A stretch of 63,946 bases of DNA, filler included, from Octopus bimaculoides (lineage: Eukaryota), in assembly GCF_001194135.2 (NCBI RefSeq). It is 5 parts of 5 records of this genome, joined end to end, with 100 filler letters (N's around TTAATTAATTAA, not from the genome) between each part and the next. Parts side by side here need not be neighbours in the genome. Positions count along the whole stretch, not along the records: positions 62,870 to 63,946 come from NW_026310199.1; 4 more parts are not named here. The stretch is one strand, 5' to 3'. A program made the translations under genes and the position numbers. A model generated the notes under the pieces. The model saw only the letters and a list, made by a program, of their open reading frames with translations, was not told the origin of the DNA and searched no databases. Positions 62,870 to 63,946 of this stretch are shown here, piece by piece (position 1 is the first letter of the stretch; the number at the start of each line of letters is the position of its first letter).

Positions 62870-63946
62870 GAAGGAACGAACGAACTAATGAACGAACGAA
62901 CTAACGAACGAAAGTTCGTCCATACGTACGTAGTATCGAACGAATGAATGAACGAACGAACGTACGTATGAATCAACGAACGAACGAAAGAACCTACGTA
63001 CGAACGAGCGAGCGAACGAAAGAATTAACGAACGAATGAACGAAAGAAGGAACGATCGATAGAACAAACGATTTAACGAATAATCGTAGGTACATACGTA
63101 CGAACGAACGACAGTACGTACGAAGGAATGAACGTACGTACGTACGTAGGAACGAACGAACGATTGATCGAACGATCGCTCAAACGAAAGAAGAAACGAA
63201 CTATAGAACGAATGAGCGAAGGAACAAAACGAACGAAAGTACGTAGGTACTTACGAACGATCGAACGTAATTACGTATGTACGTACGAACGAAAGAAAGA
63301 ACCTACGTACGAACTAGCGAGCGAACGAAAGAATTAACGAACGAATGAACGAAAGAAGGAACGATCGATAGAACAAACGATTTAACGAATAATCGTAGGT
63401 ACATACGTACGAACGAATGAACAACCGTACGTACGAAGGAACAAACGAACAAATGAACGTACGTACGTACGTAGGAACGAACGAACGATTGATCGAACGA
63501 ACGCTCAAACGAAAGAAGAAACGAACTATGGAACGAATGAGCGAAGGAACAAAACGAACGAAAGTACGTAGGTACTTACGAACGAACGAACGAATGAGTG
63601 AACGCACGAAGATACGTACGAGCGAAAGAACGAACGAACGAAAGAAAGAACTTCCGTACGTACGTAAATACATTCGTTCGTTCGTACTTACTTACGTACC
63701 TTCTTTCTTTTGTTCGTTCGGTCGATCGTTTGTTCGAACGTACGTTCTTTTGTTCCTTCGAACGTACGTAAGTTCGAACGAACGAACGTAATTACTTACG
63801 TACGTACGAACGAACGATCGAACGTACGTACGTACGAACAAACAAAGGAGCGAACGAAAGAACGTACGTACGTACGAACGAACGAACGAACGTACACGCG
63901 TACGTACGTACGAACGAAGGAACGAACGAACTAATGAACGAACGAA
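62870..63946. repeat. CpG-rich (AACG/TACG)-based satellite with higher-order structure
   Basis: Block at 63021 recurs at 63330 (period 309); the start motif at 62870 recurs at 63916. Confidence 0.9.

Overview
Repeat-dense animal genomic DNA with many N gaps; the SINE families and microsatellite load suggest an octopus/coleoid cephalopod (inference). Four identical 100-bp spacers (44 N + TTAATTAATTAA + 44 N) show that the window is five pieces joined during assembly, so adjacency across 15.7, 43.6, 53.8 and 62.8 kb is unproven. Two host genes are supported: an intronless NHL-repeat beta-propeller ORF (2906-3802, -) and two exons of a K50 PRD-class homeobox gene matching Dmbx (39667-39841 and 41260-41626, +); its other exons were not found. 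The rest is mobile DNA: several tRNA-derived SINE families, a frameshifted near-full L1/Tx1 LINE, R4/Dong-, HERO- and CR1/L2-like fragments, Tc1/mariner relics, MITEs and Penelope-like elements. The most unusual signals are (1) a tRNA-headed element carrying a minimal hammerhead ribozyme, preceded by an inverted copy of the ribozyme repeat (61.1-61.6 kb), (2) a second repeat family with a non-canonical CUGUUGA hammerhead, (3) a U6 snRNA retrocopy apparently fused to a SINE between identical 22-nt flanks, and (4) blocks with inverted dinucleotide bias. Ribozyme folds were done by eye and activity is untested. SINE boundaries are approximate.
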